A stretch of 61,152 nucleotides of DNA from contig JAPYRR010000002.1 of assembly GCA_029936885.1 (NCBI GenBank), positions 1-61,152 on the forward strand, read 5' to 3'. Positions 52,320-61,152 of this stretch are shown here, piece after piece (position 1 is the stretch's first letter; every line of letters starts with the position of its first letter). The notes beneath the pieces are model-generated. The model was not told where the DNA came from. It ran no database searches and worked only from the letters and a program-made list of their open reading frames with translations. Origin of the DNA: Fidelibacterota bacterium (GTDB lineage Bacteria > Fidelibacterota > Marinisomatia > Marinisomatales > UBA1611). The position numbers were made by a program, and so were the translations under genes.

Positions 52320-54029
52320 ATGCGTTGGATACTCCCAAATATTCAGTCTGATCAAGTCAGAAAAACAATGGACCAAAATCAGGTACCAGAATCAATTGCG
52401 AAAGTGATGGTTGCTCGCAAATTAACTGATATTCATCAAACCAAAGAATTTTTCTCACCAAACATCGCTCATCTTCATGACCCTTTTTTAATGAAGGGAA
52501 TGGAAAAGGCCGTAAATCGAATTATACAAAATATCGAGTCTAAAACTCCAATATTTATTTTTGGAGATTATGATGTGGACGGTACAACAGCCGCATCCTT
52601 GCTTTTTGTAGGACTCACTAATTTGGGTGCAAAAGCAAAAACCTATATTCCAAATAGGGAAAAAGAAGGGTATGGCGTCTCTGAAATGGGAATTGACAAA
52701 GCTGGGAAATTTGGAGCGAACTTATTCATTACCTGTGATTGTGGTATAAATGCCTTAAATCGCATCAATTATGCAAATGAAAAAGGGATTGACGTGATCA
52801 TTACGGATCATCATATTCCCGGGAAAATCCTCCCGAATGCATTTTCTATCCTAAACCCAAAACAAGTTGATTGTGATTATCCATTTAAGGAATTGTGTGG
52901 AGGAGGAGTTGCATTAAAACTCATCACAGGTCTTGTAAATAAGATGGGGTATTCATTTGATATAATTACTGATCTAATGGATTTGGTTGCCTTAGGAACA
53001 TCAGCAGATTTGGTGCCCATGAAAAATGAAAACCGAGTGTTTGTACACTATGGATTAAAAACACTAAGGACTACGCGCCGTCTAGGGCTTCGAGAATTAC
53101 TGAAAGTTGCGAAAGTCGATATTGAACGAGACCTTTCTGTAACTCAAGTGGTATTTCATGTTGCGCCAAGAATTAATGCCGCTGGGCGATTGGGTGATGC
53201 AAATCGGTCTGTAGAATTATTAACAACGACAGATTCAAATATAGCCTATAAATTAGCTCAAGAATTAGATCAGGAAAATTTATCTAGACGAGCAATTCAG
53301 CAAGGCGTGGTGGATGATGCATTATTTCTCGTGAATTCTGAAGTTGATTTAGAAAATGATAAAGCTATTGTGTTGGGGTCAAGAGGATGGCACCAGGGAG
53401 TAGTTGGAATTGTTGCATCAAAGATTAAAGAAGAATTTAATCGACCATCAATTATCATTTCATTTGATGAAGAAGGGAATGGGAAAGGATCTGCCCGAAG
53501 TATAAAAGGATTGGATCTTTACAGTGCGTTAGCAGCAACTAGCCAGCATCTTGAAAATTATGGCGGCCATGCTATGGCGGCAGGGTTGGCAATACATGAA
53601 TCAAAATTTAATGATTTCAGGAAAGCTTTTTTATCCTATTCCGATTCTGTGTTAAATGAAAATCACCTTGAACCCAAATTATATTTAGATTCAGAAATAA
53701 AGTTATCTGATTTAAACCACAGATTTATGGATTTTCTAAATAAATTGAGTCCATTCGGACCGGGGAATATGCGACCTAAATTTGCGGTAACGAATGCTGC
53801 AGTAATTGGTAACCCAAAGGTGATTGGAAACGGTGATCATATTCGGTTTCAAATAAAACAAAAACACACCGCCATTGATGTAGTTGGGTTCGGTTTAGCA
53901 AATCATTATCAAGATCTTATTTTAGGAAGCCCCGTAGATATTGCCTGCGTTGTAGAAACCAATGTTTGGAGAGGCAGGGAATCAATTCAACTAAATGCAC
54001 GAGATATTCGATTGTCTTCAACTACATAA
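52320..54029 (+). CDS. recJ: single-stranded-DNA-specific exonuclease RecJ
   Basis: 569 aa with DHH family motifs (FGDYDVDGTT, ITCDCG, ITDHH) and a DHHA1 GGH block. Confidence 0.93.
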   Translation: MRWILPNIQSDQVRKTMDQNQVPESIAKVMVARKLTDIHQTKEFFSPNIAHLHDPFLMKGMEKAVNRIIQNIESKTPIFIFGDYDVDGTTAASLLFVGLTNLGAKAKTYIPNREKEGYGVSEMGIDKAGKFGANLFITCDCGINALNRINYANEKGIDVIITDHHIPGKILPNAFSILNPKQVDCDYPFKELCGGGVALKLITGLVNKMGYSFDIITDLMDLVALGTSADLVPMKNENRVFVHYGLKTLRTTRRLGLRELLKVAKVDIERDLSVTQVVFHVAPRINAAGRLGDANRSVELLTTTDSNIAYKLAQELDQENLSRRAIQQGVVDDALFLVNSEVDLENDKAIVLGSRGWHQGVVGIVASKIKEEFNRPSIIISFDEEGNGKGSARSIKGLDLYSALAATSQHLENYGGHAMAAGLAIHESKFNDFRKAFLSYSDSVLNENHLEPKLYLDSEIKLSDLNHRFMDFLNKLSPFGPGNMRPKFAVTNAAVIGNPKVIGNGDHIRFQIKQKHTAIDVVGFGLANHYQDLILGSPVDIACVVETNVWRGRESIQLNARDIRLSSTT

Positions 54030-54079
54030 CTCTTGTTGTAAATTCAAACTTAAACCCTTTAAAGTAGAACGACTTTTTG

Positions 54080-55234
54080 ATGGATAATTTATTTTTTAGT
54101 GATGAACATATTATGATTCGTGACATGGTTCGCGAATTTGCAGATTCTGAGATTACACCCGTAGCTCAAGAATTAGATGAACTTGGAAAATTTCCAAGAA
54201 AGCTCGTAGATAAAATGGGCGAATTGGGACTTATGGGTATTATGATACCGGAAGAATATGGTGGTGCTGGCTTGGATATGGTTGCCTTTGCAACGGCAAT
54301 TATGGAATTGGGAAGAGCGGATGCATCGGTGGCAATTACCATGGCTGCTCATTCATCTTTGGGGTCGCTTCCTATTCTAATGTTTGGGTCAGACGAGCAA
54401 AAAAATACTTATCTCCCCAAATTGGCAACTGGTGAAATGTTGGGGGCATTTGGCCTTACAGAACCGGATGCTGGGAGTGACGCTGGAGCAACAAAAACAA
54501 AAGCGGTTCGTGATGGAGATGAGTATATTGTGAATGGTGGAAAAATCTTTATTACAAATGTGGGCGAAGCGGGCGTCTTATCTTTCACATCCCTCGTGGT
54601 GGAGAATGGTAAAAATCTTGGTATCGCTGCATTTACGATTCCCACAGATACTCCGGGACTTGAAATTGGCCCAAAAGAGAAAAAAATGGGATGGAGAGCC
54701 AGCGATACGCGACAATTATTTTTCAAGGATATGTGCATTCCAACATCCTCTATTTTGGGGACACCAGGAGACGGGTTTAAAACATTTATGAAAACGCTGA
54801 CTTCCGGTCGAGTCTCAATCGGTGCATTATCTGTGGGGACAGCCGTGGGGGCTTATGAACGTGCATTAGCTTATTCAGCTGAACGGGTTGCGTTTGGAAA
54901 GCCCATTAATAAATTCCAATCTGTGGGATTTAAATTGGCCGACATGGCTACCAAAATTGAAGCATCAAAATTATTGGTTTTCCATGCTGCATGGATGAAG
55001 GACCAAGGTTTAGATATTACAAAAGAAGCAGCCATGGCAAAATTATTTGCCAGTGAAACGGCTATGGAAGTCACCACCGAAGCGATTCAAGTTCATGGTG
55101 GGTATGGCTATGTGAGGGAATATGATGTTGAACGCTTTTTCCGGGATGCAAAAATCCTTGAGATTGGCGAAGGAACCAGCGAAATCCAACGACTCATTAT
55201 ATCGAGAGAAATCCTTAAAGATATTCAGATCTAA
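54080..55234 (+). CDS. acyl-CoA dehydrogenase
   Basis: About 384 aa with the GLTEPDAGSDA motif and the C-terminal catalytic region EIGEGTSEIQR. Confidence 0.9.
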   Translation: MDNLFFSDEHIMIRDMVREFADSEITPVAQELDELGKFPRKLVDKMGELGLMGIMIPEEYGGAGLDMVAFATAIMELGRADASVAITMAAHSSLGSLPILMFGSDEQKNTYLPKLATGEMLGAFGLTEPDAGSDAGATKTKAVRDGDEYIVNGGKIFITNVGEAGVLSFTSLVVENGKNLGIAAFTIPTDTPGLEIGPKEKKMGWRASDTRQLFFKDMCIPTSSILGTPGDGFKTFMKTLTSGRVSIGALSVGTAVGAYERALAYSAERVAFGKPINKFQSVGFKLADMATKIEASKLLVFHAAWMKDQGLDITKEAAMAKLFASETAMEVTTEAIQVHGGYGYVREYDVERFFRDAKILEIGEGTSEIQRLIISREILKDIQI

Positions 55235-57555
55235 TGGCGGACGACCAAAAACCCAATCCTCTTGTCCAGTATTTTTTACTGGATAGATATTGGAAACAGT
55301 ATCTGATTATTTTTAGTTTAATTTTGGCGATTTCTTTCCTTTTCCCTAGTGGAAAGGCTTTAAAATATTCCTATCAAGTTAATGATATAACTCAAGAACC
55401 AATCATTGCACCCTTTACCTACTCAATTCTAAAAACTGAACCAAAACTCCAGAATGATCTGGATGAAAAGAATAAATCCGTTCCATTTATGTTTAACCGA
55501 AGTGATGAAATTGTTTCAAATCAAAAAGATGCGTTAAGTGAATTCTTTGCTATGACAAACGAATTGCGGCATGCCATTTGGCGACTTGAAGAATCAAAAC
55601 GATTGGTTTATGAAAGACGGTACCACAAACAATACGAAAAAGCTCGCTCCGAATTTGTTTCTGATAGTGCAAATCTTTCCATTCTCACAAATGAATTTCA
55701 CAAAATTTATTCGTTTACAGTGGATAAATCAGACTGGCTATCCTATATAACACCTTTGCAAGATCCAATATTTATGAAGGACTTAGATCGGAACTCCGAC
55801 CATGTGATTCAAATCTGCAAAAATAGATGGACGGAGGGAATTTATGATATTACAATTGGTGATATAACCAGTCATCAGGTGATGGTGAATCAAAGCGATG
55901 TTCCAGATCTTGCCTCACCTACAAGTTTTAATGATCTTCAATCCGCCTGGACAAAAGCGCGCAAAGAATTGCTTTCGGTCTTTTCGGATGGAGATTTATT
56001 CCGTGACCTGGGTTATGATCTCATCGTTGAATTTATGAAACCCAATTTGCTATTTGATCGGGAGATTACTGAACGTCGACAAATTGAAAGTTTAAATAAA
56101 GTCCCCCGTAGTCAAGGTGTAGTTTTAAAAAATGAATTGATTGTAGATGCGAATATAAGAATTACGGATGATGTTCTCCAAAAATTAAACTCACTTTCAG
56201 TGGCAGTCACAAAACAAGAAACCAATTCTGGTTGGACGAAAATTGCATTGAGCTTTCTGGGGAGAATAATGATGCTTTCCGTTGTGGTTTCACTGTTTTT
56301 CGCTTTTTTGGTGGTGTACCGAGTCGCTATTTTCAGAGATTGGAAATTAGTTTTATTAATCTCCATTGTCTTCTTACTTCAATTGGGTTTAGCTCATACA
56401 TTTGTGATTCGGTTAGAATGGTCAGAATACTTGATTCCTGTAACTGTCGGTGCCATGACCCTTACTATTTTATTTGATGCGCGAATCGGGTTTATGGCAA
56501 CTACATCCATGGCAATCTTAATGGGACTTATGATGGGTCAGAATATCGATCTTGTGATTGTTTCCCTATTTACAGCAACAATTGCAGTTTATAATATCCG
56601 GGAATTAAGAAAAAGATCTCAATTATTCGTCACGATGTTTGCCCTCATTGCTGCCAGTATTTTCGTGATTGTAGGACTGGGACTATTTAAAGAGCATAAT
56701 TGGAGTACCATGTTAGATGATATTCAATTATTAACTATTAATAGTATTTTAGCACCAATTATAACTTATGGATTGATTGGTCTATTCGAGATTTTGTTTG
56801 AAGTAACCACCGATTTAACCTTAATTGAATTATTGGATTATGATCATCCTTTACTGAAACGCGCACAACAAGAAACCAATGGGACTTTTAATCACAGTAT
56901 TGTAGTTGGAAATCTTGCAGAATCCTGCGCCAATGCAATTGGTGCCCATTCATTACTCTGTCGCGTGGGTGCTTATTATCATGATATTGGAAAAATGGCA
57001 AAGTCTGAATATTTTATTGAAAATCAATTCAGTGGTGAAAACAAACACGACAATCTTACCCATACTATGAGTGCGCGTATTATTCGTGCACATGTGAAGG
57101 AAGGATTAAACCTTGCCCGGGAATATGCACTTCCAAAAGTTGTTTCAGATTTTATTCCAATGCACCATGGAACAACTCGCGTAGAATATTTTTATCGTAT
57201 GGCACTCAAAGATGCAGAAGAGTCTGGCGATAAAGTGGATGAAAGTTCTTTTCGATATCCTGGCCCAAAACCCAATACAAAAGAAACGGGTATCCTCATG
57301 ATTTGTGAAGCGGTAGAAGCGGCCGTTCGATCCATTAAACAACCCGATATTTTTAAAATTGAAGCCATGATTGATAAAATAATTAAAGGTAGGATTGATG
57401 ATGGTCAATTGAATGAGTGTCCGCTAACTCTAGATGAATTGAATAGAATTAAAGGCACCGTAGATGGCACAACCGGAATGCTTCCCGTCTTACGTGGCAT
57501 ATATCATATTCGGATTGAATACCCTGATGATCCTAAAAGTCCTGCTTCTGCATGA
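55234..57555 (+). CDS. 7TM receptor with intracellular HD-domain hydrolase (PgpH-like)
   Basis: 773 aa with an extracytoplasmic N-terminal domain, about 7 TM helices, and an HD domain with YYHDIGK. Confidence 0.85.
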   Translation: MADDQKPNPLVQYFLLDRYWKQYLIIFSLILAISFLFPSGKALKYSYQVNDITQEPIIAPFTYSILKTEPKLQNDLDEKNKSVPFMFNRSDEIVSNQKDALSEFFAMTNELRHAIWRLEESKRLVYERRYHKQYEKARSEFVSDSANLSILTNEFHKIYSFTVDKSDWLSYITPLQDPIFMKDLDRNSDHVIQICKNRWTEGIYDITIGDITSHQVMVNQSDVPDLASPTSFNDLQSAWTKARKELLSVFSDGDLFRDLGYDLIVEFMKPNLLFDREITERRQIESLNKVPRSQGVVLKNELIVDANIRITDDVLQKLNSLSVAVTKQETNSGWTKIALSFLGRIMMLSVVVSLFFAFLVVYRVAIFRDWKLVLLISIVFLLQLGLAHTFVIRLEWSEYLIPVTVGAMTLTILFDARIGFMATTSMAILMGLMMGQNIDLVIVSLFTATIAVYNIRELRKRSQLFVTMFALIAASIFVIVGLGLFKEHNWSTMLDDIQLLTINSILAPIITYGLIGLFEILFEVTTDLTLIELLDYDHPLLKRAQQETNGTFNHSIVVGNLAESCANAIGAHSLLCRVGAYYHDIGKMAKSEYFIENQFSGENKHDNLTHTMSARIIRAHVKEGLNLAREYALPKVVSDFIPMHHGTTRVEYFYRMALKDAEESGDKVDESSFRYPGPKPNTKETGILMICEAVEAAVRSIKQPDIFKIEAMIDKIIKGRIDDGQLNECPLTLDELNRIKGTVDGTTGMLPVLRGIYHIRIEYPDDPKSPASA

Positions 57556-57995
57556 TGATTATTTCTGTTGATTGCGATCCCCAATTAACATCACCAAATG
57601 TATCCCTTGTTGAAGAAATAGCTCATAGAGTGATAGAGCTAAATAAGATCGCTTCGGGAGAAGTTTCAATCATATTTGGATCTGACCAATTATTGTCATC
57701 ACTCAAAAAAGAATTCTTTCATAAAGATCAATGGACAGATGTTATTGCATTTCGTTTAAATGATTATGACGAAAAAGAATTGGACGGAGAAATCTATATT
57801 AGCTTGCCGAGAGCGAAGGAAAATGCCACGTCATTTAATGAACCTTACGAAAAAGAAGTGACACGGTTAATCATTCATGGATTCCTTCATTTGTTAGGAT
57901 TTGATGATGAATCAGATGAAGAAAAAAAAGAAATGACAAAATTAGAAAATGAATTTTTAAACCAGACTAACTGGCAAAACCTTTTTGAGACTTAA
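57552..57995 (+). CDS. ybeY: rRNA maturation endoribonuclease YbeY
   Basis: 147 aa with zinc motif HGFLHLLGFDD. There is a 4-nt overlap with the upstream gene. Confidence 0.9.
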   Translation: MMIISVDCDPQLTSPNVSLVEEIAHRVIELNKIASGEVSIIFGSDQLLSSLKKEFFHKDQWTDVIAFRLNDYDEKELDGEIYISLPRAKENATSFNEPYEKEVTRLIIHGFLHLLGFDDESDEEKKEMTKLENEFLNQTNWQNLFET

Positions 57996-58778
57996 ATGAA
58001 TAAACAACTCGCTGCAGAAAAATTTGTAAAACTTTTAGATATTGTTGAAAAACTCCGTGGACCTGATGGGTGTCCTTGGGATAAAGAACAAACACACACT
58101 TCCCTACTGCCCTATTTTATTGAGGAAGCATATGAAGTGATGGAAAGTGTTGATGAAGGCGATTTTGAGACATTTCAAGAAGAATTGGGTGACATTATGC
58201 TCCATGTGGCGCTACAAACACAAATTGCATCAGAAGATTCAAAATTTACCATTGCTGATTCTTTAGATACAGTGAATGAAAAATTAGTTCGGCGCCACCC
58301 TCATGTTTTTGGCGATAAAAAAGCAGATGCTGCTTTTGAAGCAAAACAGAATTGGGAAGCTACAAAACATGAAGAGAAAAATCGTAAATCAAGATTAGAT
58401 GGTGTTCCTTTAGCATTGCCTGCACTTATCCGAGCCCAAAGGCTCCAACAAAAAGCTGCCTATGCAGGATTTGATTGGGATAAAGTGGATGACGTATGGG
58501 CAAAGCTCCATGAAGAAATTAATGAATTGAAATCTGCCCATGAAAAGGGAGACCTAGAAAATATTAAGGAAGAAATTGGGGATGTCCTTTTTTCAGTGGT
58601 AAATCTTTCTCGTTTTTTTGAAATTCCGGCCGAAGATATGCTACGGGCCACTAATAAGAAATTTATTTTTCGTTTTCAAAAAATTGAAGAAGAATTGGCT
58701 GCAAAAGGGAAAAAACTTGAAGAATCGACCTTAGAAGAAATGGATGAAATTTGGGAAAGAGCGAAGGGAGTTTCGTAG
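57996..58778 (+). CDS. mazG: nucleoside triphosphate pyrophosphohydrolase MazG
   Basis: 260 aa with two MazG repeats carrying EExxE..ELGD motifs. Confidence 0.9.
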   Translation: MNKQLAAEKFVKLLDIVEKLRGPDGCPWDKEQTHTSLLPYFIEEAYEVMESVDEGDFETFQEELGDIMLHVALQTQIASEDSKFTIADSLDTVNEKLVRRHPHVFGDKKADAAFEAKQNWEATKHEEKNRKSRLDGVPLALPALIRAQRLQQKAAYAGFDWDKVDDVWAKLHEEINELKSAHEKGDLENIKEEIGDVLFSVVNLSRFFEIPAEDMLRATNKKFIFRFQKIEEELAAKGKKLEESTLEEMDEIWERAKGVS

Positions 58779-58848
58779 TACGTAATTATGTAAAACGTAA
58801 TTCTTTCAATCTGAGATTTGGTTTTGAAATAATTACTACATACCATAT

Positions 58849-59235
58849 TTACGAGATTCCCAATCTTTCTCTTAATTCAACTGGAATTAAGGGGCAGCTT
58901 TTTTCAACATCCAATTCCCAGCGTTTTCGGTTGTTGGCAATAAATCTATAAGCTTGATCTAATACCACCAAAGGGATCAGGTTTAAACATGTGCCCAGGA
59001 ATCTCCATCCCCAACTCAACTTTTTCAGAATCTCAAGAACAGCTTTTCCTTCAACAAAATACTCATTATTCATTTTTAACACCAAACTGTCTGGAAGATT
59101 TATTAAAGTCTCTGGTGGTAATTGGGACAAGGGTGAAAAGTGGAATACACCTTTTTGATCCGTTCTTAAAATGAATCGAACAGCGCTGTGACAAAGGGCA
59201 CAGTTGGAATCGTAATAGATGATTGGTGAATTCAT
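58849..59235 (-). CDS. DCC-family thiol-disulfide oxidoreductase (DUF393)
   Basis: N-terminal YYDSNCALCH (DxxCxxC-type motif), 128 aa. Confidence 0.75.
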   Translation of the reverse strand: MNSPIIYYDSNCALCHSAVRFILRTDQKGVFHFSPLSQLPPETLINLPDSLVLKMNNEYFVEGKAVLEILKKLSWGWRFLGTCLNLIPLVVLDQAYRFIANNRKRWELDVEKSCPLIPVELRERLGIS

Positions 59236-59456
59236 CCTTTTATCCCTTTTAAATATTCATCCACCATTTCTTGTGCTTTATCAAAATATTTATCATTTAA
59301 TATCCATAGTTCCGCCATACAATGTCCCGGAGACATGATGCCCGCAAGCGCGGATAGGTTTTCCTGTTTTATTATGGAATCAATCCCCTCTCGCTCCAAT
59401 GTATCTTTCAGCATGGAAAGTTCCACAGTATTCAAAGATGAATGAATTCGTATCAT
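59232..59456 (-). CDS. DUF2007-like small protein
   Basis: 74 aa with a pattern similar to the putative signal-transducing DUF2007 family. It overlaps the downstream gene by 4 nt. Confidence 0.5.
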   Translation of the reverse strand: MIRIHSSLNTVELSMLKDTLEREGIDSIIKQENLSALAGIMSPGHCMAELWILNDKYFDKAQEMVDEYLKGIKG

Positions 59457-59472
59457 TTTATAAATCTAATTA

Positions 59473-59787
59473 TTACTTTAATTTGACTGCTGTCCCGTAA
59501 GCCAGCATTTCGGACATGGTTTGTGCAATCATGCTTGTAACAAATCGTACATTGAGAATTGCATCCGCACCCAATTCTTCAGCATCTGAAATCATTCGCC
59601 TATAAGACTCTTCTCGGGAATCCGCTAACAATTCTGTGTAACCAGAAATTTCGCCACCCACAATGCCCTTGAGTCCTGCCATAATGTCGCGTCCAATATG
59701 TTTTGCCCGTACACTATTGCCCCGCACAACGCCCAATATTTCGGCCACTTCCCTCTCCGGGACTGAATCTGTATTTGTAATGATCAT
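59473..59787 (-). CDS. YbjQ/UPF0145 family protein
   Basis: 104 aa with full-length resemblance to YbjQ (GVVRGNSVRAKHIGRD..GGEI..YTELL..R). Confidence 0.8.
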   Translation of the reverse strand: MIITNTDSVPEREVAEILGVVRGNSVRAKHIGRDIMAGLKGIVGGEISGYTELLADSREESYRRMISDAEELGADAILNVRFVTSMIAQTMSEMLAYGTAVKLK

Positions 59788-59829
59788 ATTATCCTCTTAA
59801 TTTAAAATTATTATTTCTTGAAAAACTAC

Positions 59830-60027
59830 TTAGGCATCTTCTTCATACCAAACCGAAATTAGATGTTGTCCCGGCTCCATACTCCCTCCACAAGAAGATT
59901 GTTTTATTTCAATAACCTTTAATCCGGGATGATTTTCCATCCATGAATTTATCTCGTCTTCTAGGAGATCAGCCGTGTTGGATTTACCAAAGTATTTCCC
60001 GCCTTTAGAAAACATTTTTACTTTCAT
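59830..60027 (-). CDS. small Cse60-like (DUF2758-like) protein
   Basis: 65 aa with the pattern MKVKMF...LEDEINSW...IEIKQS...V.Y reminiscent of Cse60. Confidence 0.4.
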   Translation of the reverse strand: MKVKMFSKGGKYFGKSNTADLLEDEINSWMENHPGLKVIEIKQSSCGGSMEPGQHLISVWYEEDA

Positions 60028-60093
60028 TTTTATTTCCTTTGTTTTTGTGAACTAAATCTATGGTTTTTATTTTTATTTTTCGTCTTTTTAAAA

Positions 60094-61152
60094 TTACTTT
60101 AACAAAATCATTTTACTGGTTTGGGTGAAATCTCCGGTTTGAATTTGGAACAGGTAAATTCCTGCACTAACTGGATTACCAAAGTCATCGGCCCCATCCC
60201 AAACGATTGACTTGATTCCAGGGTTTTCTTCACCACGGTCAAAAGTCCTGACCTGTTTTCCCATGATATCATAAACTGTGAGGAGGACATTTGCCCTTTG
60301 CGCCAGGTCATATCTCAATGTTGTCACAGGATTGAAAGGATTTGGATAATTTTGATAGAGTTCAACCTGATTCGGCAATGATATATTTATCAAACTTAAA
60401 TTTTGAATATCAAAATAATGGACGCCTATTTCGGTGGCTCCTTTGTCATCCATTGACATTAATTGAACGGAATCTAGTCCACTAAACCCTGGAGCAGGTG
60501 TATAAATAAAATTATTCTGATAACCACCAAACGTTGTAAAAGTACCATTCTGGGGTGGAATGGTAGCATTATTCCAGATAATAGTTCCATCCTCATCGTC
60601 ACTATTAATCGCAGCAGTGATGGTTCCATCGGCCATCACTTCAATAATAGCAGGATGAACATTAGGTGATTCGTTGGGAATACTATCGCAGACATACGCC
60701 AGTGAATCAATGAGCTCACTATTGATGTAGAATTTTTCTGTCCAATCGCCATAACAGTCATCTCCCCATGGAAAAGTCGCCTCCTGATACCAGTCGCTCC
60801 TGGGGTATATTTCTAACCATTCCGGCCAGAGGTTGGCGTTATCTCCCGGAACGAAAGAAATTTGATAATCATAAACTCCATTTTTATAAAACATCCATTT
60901 CAGAGTATCCGTTTTATGGAGGCTCATCACCAGCAGGTAGGACCACCAAGTTTCACCGGGATTAATATGTTTCCTAAAGGGTGCATTTTCTGATATTGCA
61001 GTTCTCAATTCCGCCAACGATGTGATGGGGTAAGATGACGAAAGGAAATTCTTTACCTGGGTAGGATGTTCATCAAGAAAAGGATATTGGTTAATCCATT
61101 GACTTGCAGCCGAATTACATTCTCCATGCCAAGGATCAATCATGTTCAAATC
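60094..61152 (-). CDS. secreted protein with T9SS type A C-terminal sorting domain, 5' end beyond window (partial)
   Basis: The C-terminal roughly 80 aa (YPNPFNPVTTLRYDL...VYDIMGKQV...WDG.D..G..V.AGIYLFQIQ) match the T9SS CTD pattern. The frame stays open to the window edge and the visible N-terminus has no signal peptide. Confidence 0.75.
   Translation of the reverse strand, partial: DLNMIDPWHGECNSAASQWINQYPFLDEHPTQVKNFLSSSYPITSLAELRTAISENAPFRKHINPGETWWSYLLVMSLHKTDTLKWMFYKNGVYDYQISFVPGDNANLWPEWLEIYPRSDWYQEATFPWGDDCYGDWTEKFYINSELIDSLAYVCDSIPNESPNVHPAIIEVMADGTITAAINSDDEDGTIIWNNATIPPQNGTFTTFGGYQNNFIYTPAPGFSGLDSVQLMSMDDKGATEIGVHYFDIQNLSLINISLPNQVELYQNYPNPFNPVTTLRYDLAQRANVLLTVYDIMGKQVRTFDRGEENPGIKSIVWDGADDFGNPVSAGIYLFQIQTGDFTQTSKMILLK

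Overview
AT-rich bacterial chromosomal segment made up mostly of core metabolism. A T9SS-type C-terminal sorting domain and start codons that mostly lack Shine-Dalgarno sequences suggest an FCB-superphylum or Marinimicrobia-like marine lineage, which is inference only. The dominant feature is a roughly 22 kb run of co-directional, often overlapping minus-strand genes (18643-40812). It reads thrA-asd-thrB-thrC, chorismate mutase, trpE-G-D-C-F-B-A, pheA, tyrA, class II DAHP synthase, aroA-E-C-K-B-Q, so almost the whole aromatic amino-acid pathway plus threonine synthesis sits in one array. Two selfish-looking insertions interrupt the array: a GxxExxY (PD-(D/E)XK-like) gene bounded by 27-bp imperfect inverted repeats between trpG and trpD, and a MazEF-like toxin-antitoxin pair between aroE and aroC. 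I found two unannotated leader-peptide attenuators by eye. One is a 22-codon aromatic-rich leader (YYSWYWFF) with terminator and antiterminator in front of trpE. The other is a 19-codon Asn-run leader (NNNN) with terminator and antiterminator in front of asnB. Other content on the plus strand includes carAB, a 2TM K+ channel followed by a stand-alone cNMP-binding protein, and a frameshifted proC. It also includes asnB, mtaB, an ABC-F ATPase, RNase P RNA wedged between a zinc-ribbon gene and recJ, an acyl-CoA dehydrogenase, a PgpH-like 7TM-HD protein, ybeY and mazG. Minus-strand content includes ligA, an ABC-2 exporter pair, a PQQ-type sugar dehydrogenase, gcvP and yaaA. There is also a 750-aa membrane protein whose C-terminal TerB-like module is duplicated as a divergently transcribed small gene. 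I saw no rRNA, tRNA, CRISPR array, transposase or integrase. Small-feature coordinates were counted by hand and anchored on ORF-track coordinates, so treat them as +/-2 nt.
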